64,000 bases of DNA from a virus (Duplodnaviria; Caudoviricetes), in the IMG/VR virus record IMGVR_UViG_651703099_000001, positions 1 to 64,000 of that record; one strand, given 5' to 3'. The position numbers were made by a program, and so were the translations under genes. How positions within the stretch are numbered: the stretch's first letter is position 1; each line of letters starts with the position of its first letter. Below, piece after piece: positions 8,686-19,213 of this stretch. The notes beneath the pieces are model-generated. The model saw only the letters and a list, made by a program, of their open reading frames with translations, was not told the origin of the DNA and ran no database searches.

Positions 8686-9227
8686 ACCAACCAGGCGTAA
8701 AAATAAACAATGACCCAAGCCAAGCAATGGCGGCGAGGCTGAAGCAAGCTATTGCAGGGGTCAAAGAGCAATCAGTTACTGTTAGTAGCTCAGGTCTTTT
8801 GGGTCGTCTTGATATCAAATTTGTGCAGGGCGACACCAAAAATCTTTCAGCAGCATTCCGGGAGGGCACCGAATACGCGCTCTCCGTGGCCCAGGAGGCC
8901 CTCAGAGAGGCTTTGGATGCGGCCGTGGCCTCTTCTGTCTGGCAATGGAATGAAGGCGGCTCCAGGGACATTGTCGACACCGGAGCTTTGCGTAGCAGTC
9001 TTTCGGTCTCAATAAATGGCCAGGAGATTGCGATTGACTACGGCGTCCCGTATGCCGCGTTTGTGCATTACGGTGGATATGTGAAGCCGTATGGCAACGC
9101 CAAGATTGAGGCCGTTTACATTCCCGGCCGGCCATGGATTGATTCCGTCTTGTTTGGTACCGGGCCTGTTCCGGCGCTTAACCTGGATCAAATTATACTT
9201 GACGCAATCGATTCCAAGCTTAGGTAG
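8682..9227 (+). CDS. HK97 gp10-like tail completion protein
   Basis: RDIVDTGALRSS, YAAFVHYG, PGRPW. Confidence 0.8.
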   Translation: MNQPGVKINNDPSQAMAARLKQAIAGVKEQSVTVSSSGLLGRLDIKFVQGDTKNLSAAFREGTEYALSVAQEALREALDAAVASSVWQWNEGGSRDIVDTGALRSSLSVSINGQEIAIDYGVPYAAFVHYGGYVKPYGNAKIEAVYIPGRPWIDSVLFGTGPVPALNLDQIILDAIDSKLR

Positions 9228-9250
9228 ACTAGCTGGCTTTTAAGGCTGGT

Positions 9251-9796
9251 ATGAGCAAGCTTCCTTTTGTTGTAGAGCCTCGTCTGAAGCCAATCATTGA
9301 GATGGTTGGCAGCGACGAATCTGGCAAGATCGAGATTGAGCGTAAGGGGTTTCTCTCTACCGGAGAGAAGGCTTTTGTCTCAAACGGATCGGCGACCGAT
9401 CGAACTTCCGAGTTAATGCTTGCGCTTGTTCGCAGGGCTGCTGGCAGGTTCAAGATTGACAGCCAAGAGGCCTATGATATCATTGCTGGGCTAGTAACCG
9501 GCTCTTCTGATCATAAGCTATCAGACAAGATCAGGGAGCAGTATACGACTGAGCTTGGCGAAATTGCAATGTCTGCTGTTTCAGCCCAGCCTCGAATTGC
9601 ATTCATCAAAGCGTATTGTATGCTCCTCTACAGGGTCGACGCTTCAATTACGGCTGATGAGGCCATGAAGGTTCACCCCGACATTATGGAGGGGCTTGTA
9701 GCGCTTTACGACGACGAGGAGGCCAGGAGTGTTGAACGTCTTCTTGCCGATGTTCAGGAAGAAACCACCAATGTAGAGGATACCACAAAAAAGTAA
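9251..9796 (+). CDS. Tail assembly chaperone (gpG-like)
   Basis: Ends in slippery A AAA AAG immediately before TAA. Confidence 0.75.
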   Translation: MSKLPFVVEPRLKPIIEMVGSDESGKIEIERKGFLSTGEKAFVSNGSATDRTSELMLALVRRAAGRFKIDSQEAYDIIAGLVTGSSDHKLSDKIREQYTTELGEIAMSAVSAQPRIAFIKAYCMLLYRVDASITADEAMKVHPDIMEGLVALYDDEEARSVERLLADVQEETTNVEDTTKK

Positions 9797-10413
9797 GTTC
9801 GGGCGAAGCCGTATACGACTTTGATCGATACTACTGGCAGCTTAAAAGATTCTTCCCCGGAGACCCAGAGTTTTCTTACGAGAACTTTTATAGGCTGCCT
9901 TTTGAGTACGTGATAGAAGCGTATAAGCAGTGCGTTCGCCTTCATCAATACGAGCTGTTTGCTTATGAGCGGCCAATCGCCGTGCAGACCGCACTGCACG
10001 CTAATCTGAATAGAGATCCTAAGAAACGCAAAAAACCGTTCTCGCCAGAGGACTATTATCTTTATCAACCTCGAGAAGACCAAGACTTGCCGGCGGGCCG
10101 CTGTGGCTCTGCTGCGCTTGCTCTTATTCAGGCTGGCAAGTTTCCTTCTTGGGGCTTGTTCTGTTACAAAGAGCTTGCCTCTGCTGCCACAGGCGATCCA
10201 CCGCCATTCCTTGCCTTTATTTCGGAATGTGCTATACTGCTTGCCCCGGTTAAGACGGTTGATGGATACAAGGGCATGTTAATCGCTCAGGAAAGCGCAT
10301 CAGACCGATGGATTTCGTTTATCGGAGACGGAGGGACGGAAGTGGAGCTTTATGTTCCCACCGTCCCAACCAAGACAATAGCGCAGGATAATGTTATGCT
10401 GCGTGCCCGATAG
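9787..10413 (+). CDS. Tail assembly chaperone -1 frameshift extension (gpGT-like)
   Basis: -1 frame is open from the heptamer (VSSGEAVYDFDRYYWQLK...) into track ORF 9910-10413. Confidence 0.75.
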   Translation, partial: KKVSSGEAVYDFDRYYWQLKRFFPGDPEFSYENFYRLPFEYVIEAYKQCVRLHQYELFAYERPIAVQTALHANLNRDPKKRKKPFSPEDYYLYQPREDQDLPAGRCGSAALALIQAGKFPSWGLFCYKELASAATGDPPPFLAFISECAILLAPVKTVDGYKGMLIAQESASDRWISFIGDGGTEVELYVPTVPTKTIAQDNVMLRAR

Positions 10414-10876
10414 GCCAGTCTGAAGCCAGTACTTCGTTGAGGTACTGGTCCACTTTTTTGGCGTCCTCTTCGTCGTAGGCGCCAAAATTGCGCGTGTCAC
10501 CTGAAAGCCACTGGCGGATGCGCCATTCGGCCTCGATTGTATAGAAGGGCTGCATGCGGAACCAGGCCACCCACTCGGTGGATGACTTGGCACTGTTGCA
10601 GGCCGCACAAGCTGGGATCACATTGGTGGTACGATCCTCACCACCGCGTGATTTGGGCTTGACGTGGTCCATGGTTAGCTCGGTCAGGCTCTCATCGTCG
10701 ATGGGAGGCTTTCCGCAGTAGGCACAGCGGTTGTGCCAGGCCTTTTTGATGCTATCCCGCCATTGCTGACGGGCTTCTCGCCGAGTCAGAGCAGACATAT
10801 TAAATAGGTAGTCGGAGATCCTCTCGTATAGGGGGAGGTTTGCCCTGTCGTAGCTCATCCGATCACCAAGTGACAA
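10394..10876 (-). CDS. HNH endonuclease
   Basis: CAYC...DHVKPKSRGG...NVIPACAACN. Confidence 0.9.
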   Translation of the reverse strand: MSLGDRMSYDRANLPLYERISDYLFNMSALTRREARQQWRDSIKKAWHNRCAYCGKPPIDDESLTELTMDHVKPKSRGGEDRTTNVIPACAACNSAKSSTEWVAWFRMQPFYTIEAEWRIRQWLSGDTRNFGAYDEEDAKKVDQYLNEVLASDWPIGHAA

Positions 10877-10982
10877 CGACGGAGAGGCTGAGGCGTTCGA
10901 GGAGCGGGGCCATAAGCGTCTTGCGTTGTCACATACAGTTTACCGACAAAAGGAACCCTAGGACCGATAACTAGAGGGATCA

Positions 10983-11420
10983 GTGGCACAAAATTTCCCG
11001 ACCTCGGCTCAGGTCATCTACGACACGCTGGCTGCCGACTCTAGCTTCCTGTCTCTGCTTGGCACTTACGCTTTTCGGTCTAACAACGGCGCTACTGTTC
11101 CAGCTATTAGCGTGGTTTCGCCCGGCGAAAGCCTGCCTGAGTTAAGAGGCGTTTCTGGCGTTGAATGCGTGATTCACGACGCAGCAAACGCAAGTCGCAA
11201 GGACTATCTCACCAACGCCTCGAGCCAAGTATTTACCTGGCAAGTTTTTCTTATTTGCTGGGACGGCTCAAAAGGTGAAGACATGATGAATGCGCTTTCG
11301 GTTATCCTTAGCAAGTTTTCTGGGGCAACGTCGACTGAGACCGTTGCCGTTTCGGATGGGCTTGGTGCGTTGGCTCAAACCAGGATCTTTATTCCGTCCA
11401 ACATGCCAATAATCGCTTGA
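10983..11420 (+). CDS. Putative tail terminator
   Basis: Size and position directly before the tail tube gene. Confidence 0.55.
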   Translation: MAQNFPTSAQVIYDTLAADSSFLSLLGTYAFRSNNGATVPAISVVSPGESLPELRGVSGVECVIHDAANASRKDYLTNASSQVFTWQVFLICWDGSKGEDMMNALSVILSKFSGATSTETVAVSDGLGALAQTRIFIPSNMPIIA

Positions 11421-11481
11421 TTGGAAATCTAAGAGATGAGAGGGACTACCTCTCGAATAGTCCCTTTCGCGAAAACTGACT

Positions 11482-12096
11482 ATGGCCAACTATTCCGCTG
11501 CCTTCGGGTACGACTGCTACATCATTCCGCTGGCCTCGGCCTCTGTGGATACCACTTTCACAGGCGTTACTGGTGGCGTGGGCGATGGTGCGACCAACTT
11601 TATCGACACCACCACCGTTGTAGCCGCCGACGAGAAGGTTACCTACGCTGCTGGCGTGTTCTCCCTGGGCGCCACCCCCGTGGCTGAGCCGACCGACGGG
11701 ACCATGAATCCCGTGAAGCTGTTTGGTCTGACCAACGCTTCTCTGGAGACCGATACCAACTCCGAGGATGTGCTCACCTATGATGACACCACGAAGGGCT
11801 TCAACACCTCTATCGCTACCTCCAAATCCTGGAGCGTGAGCCTGGCTGGCGTTGCCGACTTCAAGGATGCCGGTTACCAGATCCTGCGTATTACCGAGCA
11901 GAACACCGTGGCTGACAGCCTCCGTGTCAAGTTCGCTCGCGTGGGCCCCACCGGTACCGTTGAGACTGTTTACGGTTACGGCACCCTGACCGGTTATACC
12001 GAGTCCATCGAGGCTGGCTCGATCGTGTCCTGGGAAAGCTCCATCGTCGGCTACGGCCCGTATGTGATTGAGATCGACGAGAACGCTGGTAATTAG
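11482..12096 (+). CDS. Major tail (tube) protein
   Basis: Siphovirus tube-like pattern (SIATSKSWSVSLAG...GYGTL...GYGP), strong codon bias, upstream of TMP. Confidence 0.85.
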   Translation: MANYSAAFGYDCYIIPLASASVDTTFTGVTGGVGDGATNFIDTTTVVAADEKVTYAAGVFSLGATPVAEPTDGTMNPVKLFGLTNASLETDTNSEDVLTYDDTTKGFNTSIATSKSWSVSLAGVADFKDAGYQILRITEQNTVADSLRVKFARVGPTGTVETVYGYGTLTGYTESIEAGSIVSWESSIVGYGPYVIEIDENAGN

Positions 12097-12354
12097 CTGA
12101 CTGGAGGTATCGCCACGGTGGATACGTTAACAACGTCTTCACCGTTTGCTACCTCTCAGAGCGCACTTGCCGTGACTTTGAGTGGTGGCTCTGGTTCTAC
12201 CGCCGAAGGAACCGTCGATACCGACGGCTCTGGCAACATCTCCGCCTTCAATCTCGTCACGCCTGGTATCAATTACCAGGTTGGCGATATTATTACAGTC
12301 GACGAAGATGCTGGCACCGGCCTTGGAACCTTCCGCGTCGCTTCTATCGCCTAA
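12097..12354 (+). CDS. Beta-rich accessory domain in frame with the tail tube gene (amber readthrough, or independent GTG start at 12118)
   Basis: TAG 12094-12096 followed in frame by LTGGIATV...GGSG...PGINYQVGD. Confidence 0.7.
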   Translation: MTGGIATVDTLTTSSPFATSQSALAVTLSGGSGSTAEGTVDTDGSGNISAFNLVTPGINYQVGDIITVDEDAGTGLGTFRVASIA

Positions 12355-12395
12355 TTACTGCAACCGCGATACTTGCAGGTCAAACAAGGTTTACG

Positions 12396-12418
12396 GGCCC
12401 CACAAGGGGCCTTTTTTA
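12396..12418 (+). terminator. Intrinsic terminator
   Basis: GGGCCCC-ACAA-GGGGCC followed by a T run. Confidence 0.8.
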
Positions 12419-12449
12419 TGGGAAGCCTATACGCGAATCTGGGCTGAGC

Positions 12450-15320
12450 ATGGCAGACAAGCAGCTACGTTATTCCGTAAGTCTCGACAATGCTCAGGCT
12501 CTTGCCGAATTTGATGAACTGTTTCGCTACGCGCAAAACGGTAGCGTCGCTGCCGCCAGGGTCCTCAACCAGGAACTTGGAGGTACTGTAAAAACAGTTT
12601 TGGACTGGGAGGTACGTGTTGACGATACTGGCGTAAAACGCCTGCAGCCTGTCGTCAAAGAGGTGCTGACGGAATACGACAAGCTCAACAATAAAGCCTC
12701 TCAGCTTAACAAAACACAAGAGGGCTCTATTACGAACTTAAGGCAGCAAGCAAATCAGGCTAAGCAGGTTCGAGATGGCATCGAAAAAATCGCGAGCAAA
12801 ACTGATGTAGCCGCGAACACGGTAAAAGGTAAGCTGAACCCAGCCTGGGTTGAAGCTGATGCAAACGTCAAAAGAATCAACATTCAACTTGCAGAAGCGG
12901 AAGGCAACTTAATCAACATCGCAAAAGCAAGATTCCCGGAATTTGCTCAATTCCTGTCGCTCGGCAATTCGTTGACGCAAATTGCGCAAGTTGCTAAAAC
13001 AGTGGCGGACGTTTTTGTTCTGGTTAACCAAGCCGTTCAGCCTCTTATTCAACGTGAAAAACAAATTCAAGCCCTCAGTCTTGCATTGAGTGCCTTTATT
13101 ACGGACCAAGGCGACGTAAACGCCGTACTGGCCTCATCAAAAGGCATTGCATTGGAGTATGGTGGCTCGCTGACACAAATCGAACGAGCCTACAAGCGAA
13201 TTGCACCGGCTATTCTTGCGTCTGGCGGCACGCTTAATGACGTTGAGGCAGTCATTGAGTCGCTGACGGCTAAGACGACGCAACTTGGCCTTAACACAGA
13301 ACAGGCCGGCAGGTACATTGAAGCATTTGCCCAGGTTATGGGTAAAGGAAAGTTGCAGTCCGAAGAATTGAACCAGCAATTCTCAGAACTTGATGGTGCG
13401 CTAAGGTCTCAAGTTGCCTTGTACCTCGAGACACGGTACGGAATTACCGACTTGAATGAGGCAATGAAAAACGGCGAGGTTACCGCTGGTCTATTCCGTG
13501 AAGCATTTATTGATGCCGCCCAAAGCGCACGAGATCAGTTGGCCGGCGCTCTTGGGGAGGTGCAGTCCAGGATTGACGAGTTGAACATTCAGCAAATTGA
13601 AAACATCCGAAGCACCCTTAATACCATTTCGCTGGAATCGCTAAACGAATCATTTGCTGGCTTTGGGATGTCTATGCAGGCGATTCAGACCGCGTTTGCT
13701 CAGTTTTTTGCAGCATTGACTACAAACCTTCCCGGCATCAAAAAAGGCTTTACGGATACTTTTACTGTTATTGGAAAGGTGCTAGAATTTGTTGTTATTG
13801 GATTCCTGAATGGACTGCAAGCTATACTTTTTGTTATTGACCAGCTTGTTCAAGGGTTCTACGCGCTAAGAGATGCTATTCTTTCGATTCCTGGTGTCGA
13901 CACGATTGTTCAGTCATTTCAAAGTGCTGGTGTGGCTGTTAGTGAAAGCTTCAGGCAGGGTACTGATGCTATTCTTGGTCTTGGAGCGTCGGTAGATACA
14001 GCAAAAGGGCAGTTTAGCCAATTTGATACTACGCTTGAGCAGTTGAATCAAAAATTTGAAGCCGGCGAAATTAGTCAACAGGATTACGACAAATCTCTTC
14101 GGCAGTTGTATCAAAATGCAACCGATGGATCTAAGGCACTGCTAGACGCCTACAATTCGGAGCAAGAGGCGATCAATACGCTTAAGGAGGCGGTCGATGC
14201 TAAATTCGAGCAGGAAAAAGAACGCATTAACGAGCTGATTGACGCCAAAAAAGAAGCGCTTTCGCAAGAGAAGGAGGATCTCAAGGGAACGCTTGATACG
14301 TTCAAGGATATCTACGACCAGCGAAAGCAGGCTATTGACGACGAAATTACCAAAGTAAAAGATCGCTATGCCGCCGAGCTTGATTTTATCAATGCTCAAA
14401 CACCGGCCCAGCAAGAGCAGATCAAGCTGCGCAAGGAAAAGCTGCAGGCTACTATCAACAGTGCTGAAGCTTCGTATGAAGAGAAGGTCGCGGCTCAAGC
14501 TTCTTTGGATACAATGATCCAACAGGAGAAATCTGCTGAGATTCGCAAAAAGCAAGCGGAAGAATTGAAAACCCTTGAAAAGCAAAAGGCAGAAGAGCAA
14601 AAGAAATACGAAGAAGCTAGAAAAGCCGCTGAAGAGGCTTCTCTTGAGCGCCAAAGGGGCCTGGAAGATGCAATCAAGAGCCTGACGGACGAACTCAAGT
14701 CAAACGAGCAAAAGCAGGCAGACTACAATAAGCAACTTGATGAGTCTGTTCGCCTTAATGACGACTTGATTGATACCGTAGACGACATCCCCGGACTCAT
14801 AGCCCAACAGGTTCAACAAGCTCAAAATGCAAGGGACGCATACTGGGAAGCGGCGACTGCGGCAAACGCCGTAGCGGATGCAATCGAGCGAGCAAACAGA
14901 GCTCGAGCAAATGCTCCAACAACGACTCAGCAGCGCTTTGCTGGCGGCCCCGTTTCAGGTGGTCAAGTCTATACCGTTAACGAGCTTGGCAAGGAAGGCT
15001 TCCTCTCTGCGAGTGGCAAGCTTTCTGCAATCAACGCTCCTGCCTGGGGGCAGTGGAGAGCTCCCGGCGCTGGCACGGTTATCCCTGCGGATGTCTTTGC
15101 TACGGTAAACGCTACTGGATCTGTTGCAGGCGCCTCTATGGCCTCTGCTAACGTTTCTGGTTCGTCTGGAGTGGACAGGCTTGCATCTGTCATTCAAGCA
15201 CTGGCCTCCTCGGGCGGGAACGTTCAAAACAATGTCACTATTCAGTCGGCCAATACGACCAAGGCCGCTAGCGACATTCTGGTTGAGCTGACCAAGATTC
15301 GCCGCCGTCGGTATTCTTGA
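12450..15320 (+). CDS. Tape measure protein
   Basis: 956 aa helical/coiled coil; AFAQVMGKGKLQSEELNQ; C-terminal RFAGGPV...VNELGKE. Confidence 0.95.
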   Translation: MADKQLRYSVSLDNAQALAEFDELFRYAQNGSVAAARVLNQELGGTVKTVLDWEVRVDDTGVKRLQPVVKEVLTEYDKLNNKASQLNKTQEGSITNLRQQANQAKQVRDGIEKIASKTDVAANTVKGKLNPAWVEADANVKRINIQLAEAEGNLINIAKARFPEFAQFLSLGNSLTQIAQVAKTVADVFVLVNQAVQPLIQREKQIQALSLALSAFITDQGDVNAVLASSKGIALEYGGSLTQIERAYKRIAPAILASGGTLNDVEAVIESLTAKTTQLGLNTEQAGRYIEAFAQVMGKGKLQSEELNQQFSELDGALRSQVALYLETRYGITDLNEAMKNGEVTAGLFREAFIDAAQSARDQLAGALGEVQSRIDELNIQQIENIRSTLNTISLESLNESFAGFGMSMQAIQTAFAQFFAALTTNLPGIKKGFTDTFTVIGKVLEFVVIGFLNGLQAILFVIDQLVQGFYALRDAILSIPGVDTIVQSFQSAGVAVSESFRQGTDAILGLGASVDTAKGQFSQFDTTLEQLNQKFEAGEISQQDYDKSLRQLYQNATDGSKALLDAYNSEQEAINTLKEAVDAKFEQEKERINELIDAKKEALSQEKEDLKGTLDTFKDIYDQRKQAIDDEITKVKDRYAAELDFINAQTPAQQEQIKLRKEKLQATINSAEASYEEKVAAQASLDTMIQQEKSAEIRKKQAEELKTLEKQKAEEQKKYEEARKAAEEASLERQRGLEDAIKSLTDELKSNEQKQADYNKQLDESVRLNDDLIDTVDDIPGLIAQQVQQAQNARDAYWEAATAANAVADAIERANRARANAPTTTQQRFAGGPVSGGQVYTVNELGKEGFLSASGKLSAINAPAWGQWRAPGAGTVIPADVFATVNATGSVAGASMASANVSGSSGVDRLASVIQALASSGGNVQNNVTIQSANTTKAASDILVELTKIRRRRYS

Positions 15321-15760
15321 TCAGCGACGCTATCGGTATGTTCTTCTTTGGCAATCCCGAAGACTCCGCGAGGATGTACTGGAACGAAGTCAAAGGGGTC
15401 ACTGGGCCGGCTTTGCCCGAGATCCCTTTAGACGAACAGACAGAGCAAGAGCTGAGGGTTTCGATAACCTATCAGCGTATGGCGATCAAAAAGGCTTGGC
15501 ACGATGGCGCCTCCGATGAAATCCTTGGCGTTTTACTAGAGGAGTACGACAACACCTTTGCTCATCTGGCGGCCGTCAGTGAGAGTTTCCGTGACGACGT
15601 GGAGAAAGGGCGTCACAGGGTGATCGGTGGCTACACCAGGGAGAATCTTGACAAATACAGGCGTCTAGCTGGCCTCGAGGTTATCTTTTACAAGCAAGAA
15701 ACTAAAGAGGACAAAAACGGCGCGACAATCCAGACTACCATTAGCCATTCGGCAAACTAA
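15317..15760 (+). CDS. Hypothetical protein
   Basis: ORF coupled to TMP stop. Confidence 0.55.
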   Translation: MISDAIGMFFFGNPEDSARMYWNEVKGVTGPALPEIPLDEQTEQELRVSITYQRMAIKKAWHDGASDEILGVLLEEYDNTFAHLAAVSESFRDDVEKGRHRVIGGYTRENLDKYRRLAGLEVIFYKQETKEDKNGATIQTTISHSAN

Positions 15761-15778
15761 CCCAGCTACGTCAGGCCG

Positions 15779-16180
15779 ATGTCCCAGATTGGAATATCCT
15801 ACACGCCATCTGGAGGCACGCCTGTGTACAACTTCATTTTTAACGAGTTTCTAAACCAGGAGCTCCCTAGGACATATATCAATAGCGCTAATTTTAACTT
15901 CTCGGCTGGCGGAGCTGCTACTATTAGCGGATCGGCCAATACACAAAAAAGAATATGGGCAATTAGTTCGCCGATTCCAAAGACAAGTGCTGCCACATTT
16001 GACGCCATGTTCCAGGCATGGGATGCTGACCGCGCTTCTGGTTTAGCAGCAGCCGTCGGCATTACGGATACGACATTTGGCGCAACTGTAGACACGGATG
16101 CCGTATTCTCTACCGCGCCGACTTACTCTAAGTTCGGTCCAAACTACATGATCGTTTCGTTCGGCTTGACGGAGGTTTGA
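15779..16180 (+). CDS. Putative distal tail protein
   Basis: 133 aa beta-rich, after TMP, ends FGLTEV. Confidence 0.6.
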   Translation: MSQIGISYTPSGGTPVYNFIFNEFLNQELPRTYINSANFNFSAGGAATISGSANTQKRIWAISSPIPKTSAATFDAMFQAWDADRASGLAAAVGITDTTFGATVDTDAVFSTAPTYSKFGPNYMIVSFGLTEV

Positions 16181-16181
16181 G

Positions 16182-18452
16182 GTGGGATATCTTAACAACA
16201 ATACTCGCGTCTCTTCAGTCAGAATCAACGGAGTCAATCAGACCAATTACCTGGTTCAATTTACTTGCAGCGACGCATCGGCCAATAAGAATGGCCTGGT
16301 CTCAACCGTTGGCCAGGTCCGCCTTGCCGGGTACGGAGAGTCCCCCTCGATGGAGGATTACGACCGCGATAATTTCCGCCGTGGTCAACAGGTAATCATC
16401 GAGATCACACTGCCAAGCGGCAGCATCGTCAGACACCCCCGTGGGCTTCTGTACGTGCTTTCAACCTCGTATGAGCCCGAGGCTGATGAACTGGTGGTGG
16501 AAGTGGGTTGCAGGCTCGCCCTGGCGGCTCTCACGGAGGATGTGAGTGAGATCCTTTCTCTGGTTCCAGTCCCTCTTGATCCCGCCCAGCAGACGTACCA
16601 AAACATCTCTGCCAGCTTCGCAGCAGCAGGCAAATATCTATTCCAGGACAACCAGGGCAACCTGGTCGAAAACTATTTCTTTGGTACTGATTCAACAAAC
16701 TCCATCGAGCCTGGTGAATGGGTCTCTGTCTATGGCGTCACCACCCAGGCTGCTCAGCCACTTGCGGGAACCTCGCCGATTCCAGACCAGATTGAGCTTT
16801 CTTATCAAGTCCCGTCCGATGCACTAACCAGTAATCAAAGCGGCAAAGTCGAGATCACCGAGACTGAGTCACGGTATTTTTTGAGCTATCCTGCGACCAT
16901 GTTTGTCAGGAAGCCAATCGAAAACGGACCTAAGCCGCCTGATCCATCACCTACTCGGAATGCCGGAGGAGGTGGCTGTGGAAATTCGCCGGATATCCCC
17001 GATACAGGACTTCCCGCCAGCGGTCCCTCCTCTTCGCCCACTCCTGGAGGCGGGCAAATTAACTCCTGCTCGGAGGGATACGAGACCAAGCAGCAAACTA
17101 CCTACGTTCCAGCATACAGACAAGAAACTCAACGCACAGAGTACACAGGCCCAGGTGGTCAGGTTGGTCGCGTCTATAGCGAAGTTCGCGGGCCGGCCTA
17201 TGAAGTCAACGGCCAATACTATGCCGACAAGATGGCGTTCTGTCGCGCTTCTCGTGGTACTGCATGCAACCCAAACGGCGGCTGCAGCATGGATGGGCTT
17301 GGCAACATTCTCCAGAGCTATAGTGAGCAGCTAAATTACTACGGAAGCGCCAATGAGCTAATCAAGACAGTAACCGATAATTACGAGACGACTTTGTCTG
17401 GTGCCGTTCCTTCCGATTATCGCTCTGGCGAGGTCAATGGAGAAGGTACTACCTGGAGAGACCTTTCGACAAGCGACATGTACCGAGTGTCTCGCGTCGA
17501 GGTTGTCTACAACTACAAGAAGAATCAGACAATTCAGGACACCTATACCTGGACCAGTAGTACATCCAGAGGCTCTGGCATTCGCGCTGCAAGTATTGAC
17601 GCTCTAAGTGGAATCAAGACAAGTCAGCGCCGCATCTCGACTACTATTACGGCTAATCCAATCAGTCCAGATATCGTAAACACCGTTACCACAAGTACAA
17701 CAGAACGATCTACAAAAATCCTTTTGAGCGATCAGTATATTACGCCGCCAGGAGTTGCTGGTCCGTATGTGCTAAAAGAACAGGTGCCAGTCCCCGTATT
17801 GTTTAACGACGAAACCCAGATCAAAGCAATCGTTGACTCGTATAGTTCGTATTTGAATCGTTTCGTAAGGGGCGATGCGTATGGCATCTCTTTGACGGAA
17901 TCTATGCGAGAAGAGATTGTCTCTAACTGGCGTCCAGGGATGCCGTTCCGTTATCACGATCCAAGAAGTAATCGTATCCTTGCCATGCGCATGGACGCCT
18001 GCGCCTGGGGTCTTGATGCAGAGAACGCGGTAGTAGCAACAAATGGAATCTGGGTAGGCTTCTCAAATGGCACTATGAGCGTACCCAGTAACCTTGTTGG
18101 CAACTCCAGGCCAAACATGGGCAGCGGCGGCGGGCCTGCTCCTGGTGCGGGAACTCCTCCGTCCGTAAACAACGAAACCGCTGTAAACTCTGGCAATTAC
18201 GCCTGGGATGTCAACGTCGACATTGGCCTGTCTTTGGATATGGCGTTTTGGGGCGAGACTGGTGTTCACCCCATCCTGCCGACGGACACCAATTACGAAT
18301 TCTCTTCGACGCTTACGGTGTGGTGTGCTGGGCTCATCGTTAATGCTGGATTCTTGGTCGACACGGATGGTAATGGCGGCATCCCGCTCGAGTACGGTGG
18401 CAACTTGGTCATTAACGGTGCTACCATTATCGATGGAGACGTATTCGCTTAA
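16182..18452 (+). CDS. Tail-tip / baseplate hub protein
   Basis: 756 aa after the Dit-like gene; Pro/Gly linkers and a Cys cluster. Confidence 0.65.
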   Translation: MGYLNNNTRVSSVRINGVNQTNYLVQFTCSDASANKNGLVSTVGQVRLAGYGESPSMEDYDRDNFRRGQQVIIEITLPSGSIVRHPRGLLYVLSTSYEPEADELVVEVGCRLALAALTEDVSEILSLVPVPLDPAQQTYQNISASFAAAGKYLFQDNQGNLVENYFFGTDSTNSIEPGEWVSVYGVTTQAAQPLAGTSPIPDQIELSYQVPSDALTSNQSGKVEITETESRYFLSYPATMFVRKPIENGPKPPDPSPTRNAGGGGCGNSPDIPDTGLPASGPSSSPTPGGGQINSCSEGYETKQQTTYVPAYRQETQRTEYTGPGGQVGRVYSEVRGPAYEVNGQYYADKMAFCRASRGTACNPNGGCSMDGLGNILQSYSEQLNYYGSANELIKTVTDNYETTLSGAVPSDYRSGEVNGEGTTWRDLSTSDMYRVSRVEVVYNYKKNQTIQDTYTWTSSTSRGSGIRAASIDALSGIKTSQRRISTTITANPISPDIVNTVTTSTTERSTKILLSDQYITPPGVAGPYVLKEQVPVPVLFNDETQIKAIVDSYSSYLNRFVRGDAYGISLTESMREEIVSNWRPGMPFRYHDPRSNRILAMRMDACAWGLDAENAVVATNGIWVGFSNGTMSVPSNLVGNSRPNMGSGGGPAPGAGTPPSVNNETAVNSGNYAWDVNVDIGLSLDMAFWGETGVHPILPTDTNYEFSSTLTVWCAGLIVNAGFLVDTDGNGGIPLEYGGNLVINGATIIDGDVFA

Positions 18453-18484
18453 TAGGAATCCTACGACGATTCTGATAACCTGAA

Positions 18485-19213
18485 ATGACGATCGCCGCAA
18501 AGATCTCGCCAGCCGAGCTTGTCGCCCAGGTGACGAATCGTTATGTTGATCAGTATTACGAGGGCCGGCTTATCAACGCCCCTGGTACCGCCTACCAGCC
18601 TGGCGTTACTGACGACTCTACTTTTTTGGCAAATGAAGTTGTTGCAGGTACCGGTGGCTACCAGCGTCAGGTTATCAAGTATATTGGCACTGACGTTGGC
18701 AACTACGCCGATGATGGCATTGCTCTTGCTACCAAGGCGACTATATTTGCTCATGATGGAGGCGCCACTGCACTTCAGTTCTCCCATGTGGCGCTAGTAA
18801 AAGGCAACGGCAACGTCCAGACCCTTGGCGCTGTCACGGGAAAACCCACTGCTGGCGTCAATGGCACCTACACAAACATTCCAGTTACCACGGGCGGATC
18901 TGGGACTGGTTTAACGGTCGACCTAACCGTGGCCAATCTTGGAGCCGCAACTGGCGATTGGACTCTGACTATTGTCAAACCTGGCACTGGATACGTCGCT
19001 GCGGACGGACTTCAAATCGCGGAATCTGTGCTAGAAAGCCTTGGAGCTGTTGCCGCTGGCGCAGGCAACCTGACCTTCTCGGTAGGTACGGCAACGACTG
19101 GCGGTGGCGCTCTCCTTGCTGTTGCACAGACAGCTAACACAGTTTCTCTTACCGCTGGCAACGAAGCAGCTTTCTACTGGAATCTAAAGCAGTACGGTTA
19201 CTTCTCTATTTGA
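18485..19213 (+). CDS. Tail/baseplate protein with inserted beta-domain
   Basis: GGYQRQ...FSHVAL; insert GGSGTGLTVD...PGTGY. Confidence 0.65.
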   Translation: MTIAAKISPAELVAQVTNRYVDQYYEGRLINAPGTAYQPGVTDDSTFLANEVVAGTGGYQRQVIKYIGTDVGNYADDGIALATKATIFAHDGGATALQFSHVALVKGNGNVQTLGAVTGKPTAGVNGTYTNIPVTTGGSGTGLTVDLTVANLGAATGDWTLTIVKPGTGYVAADGLQIAESVLESLGAVAAGAGNLTFSVGTATTGGGALLAVAQTANTVSLTAGNEAAFYWNLKQYGYFSI

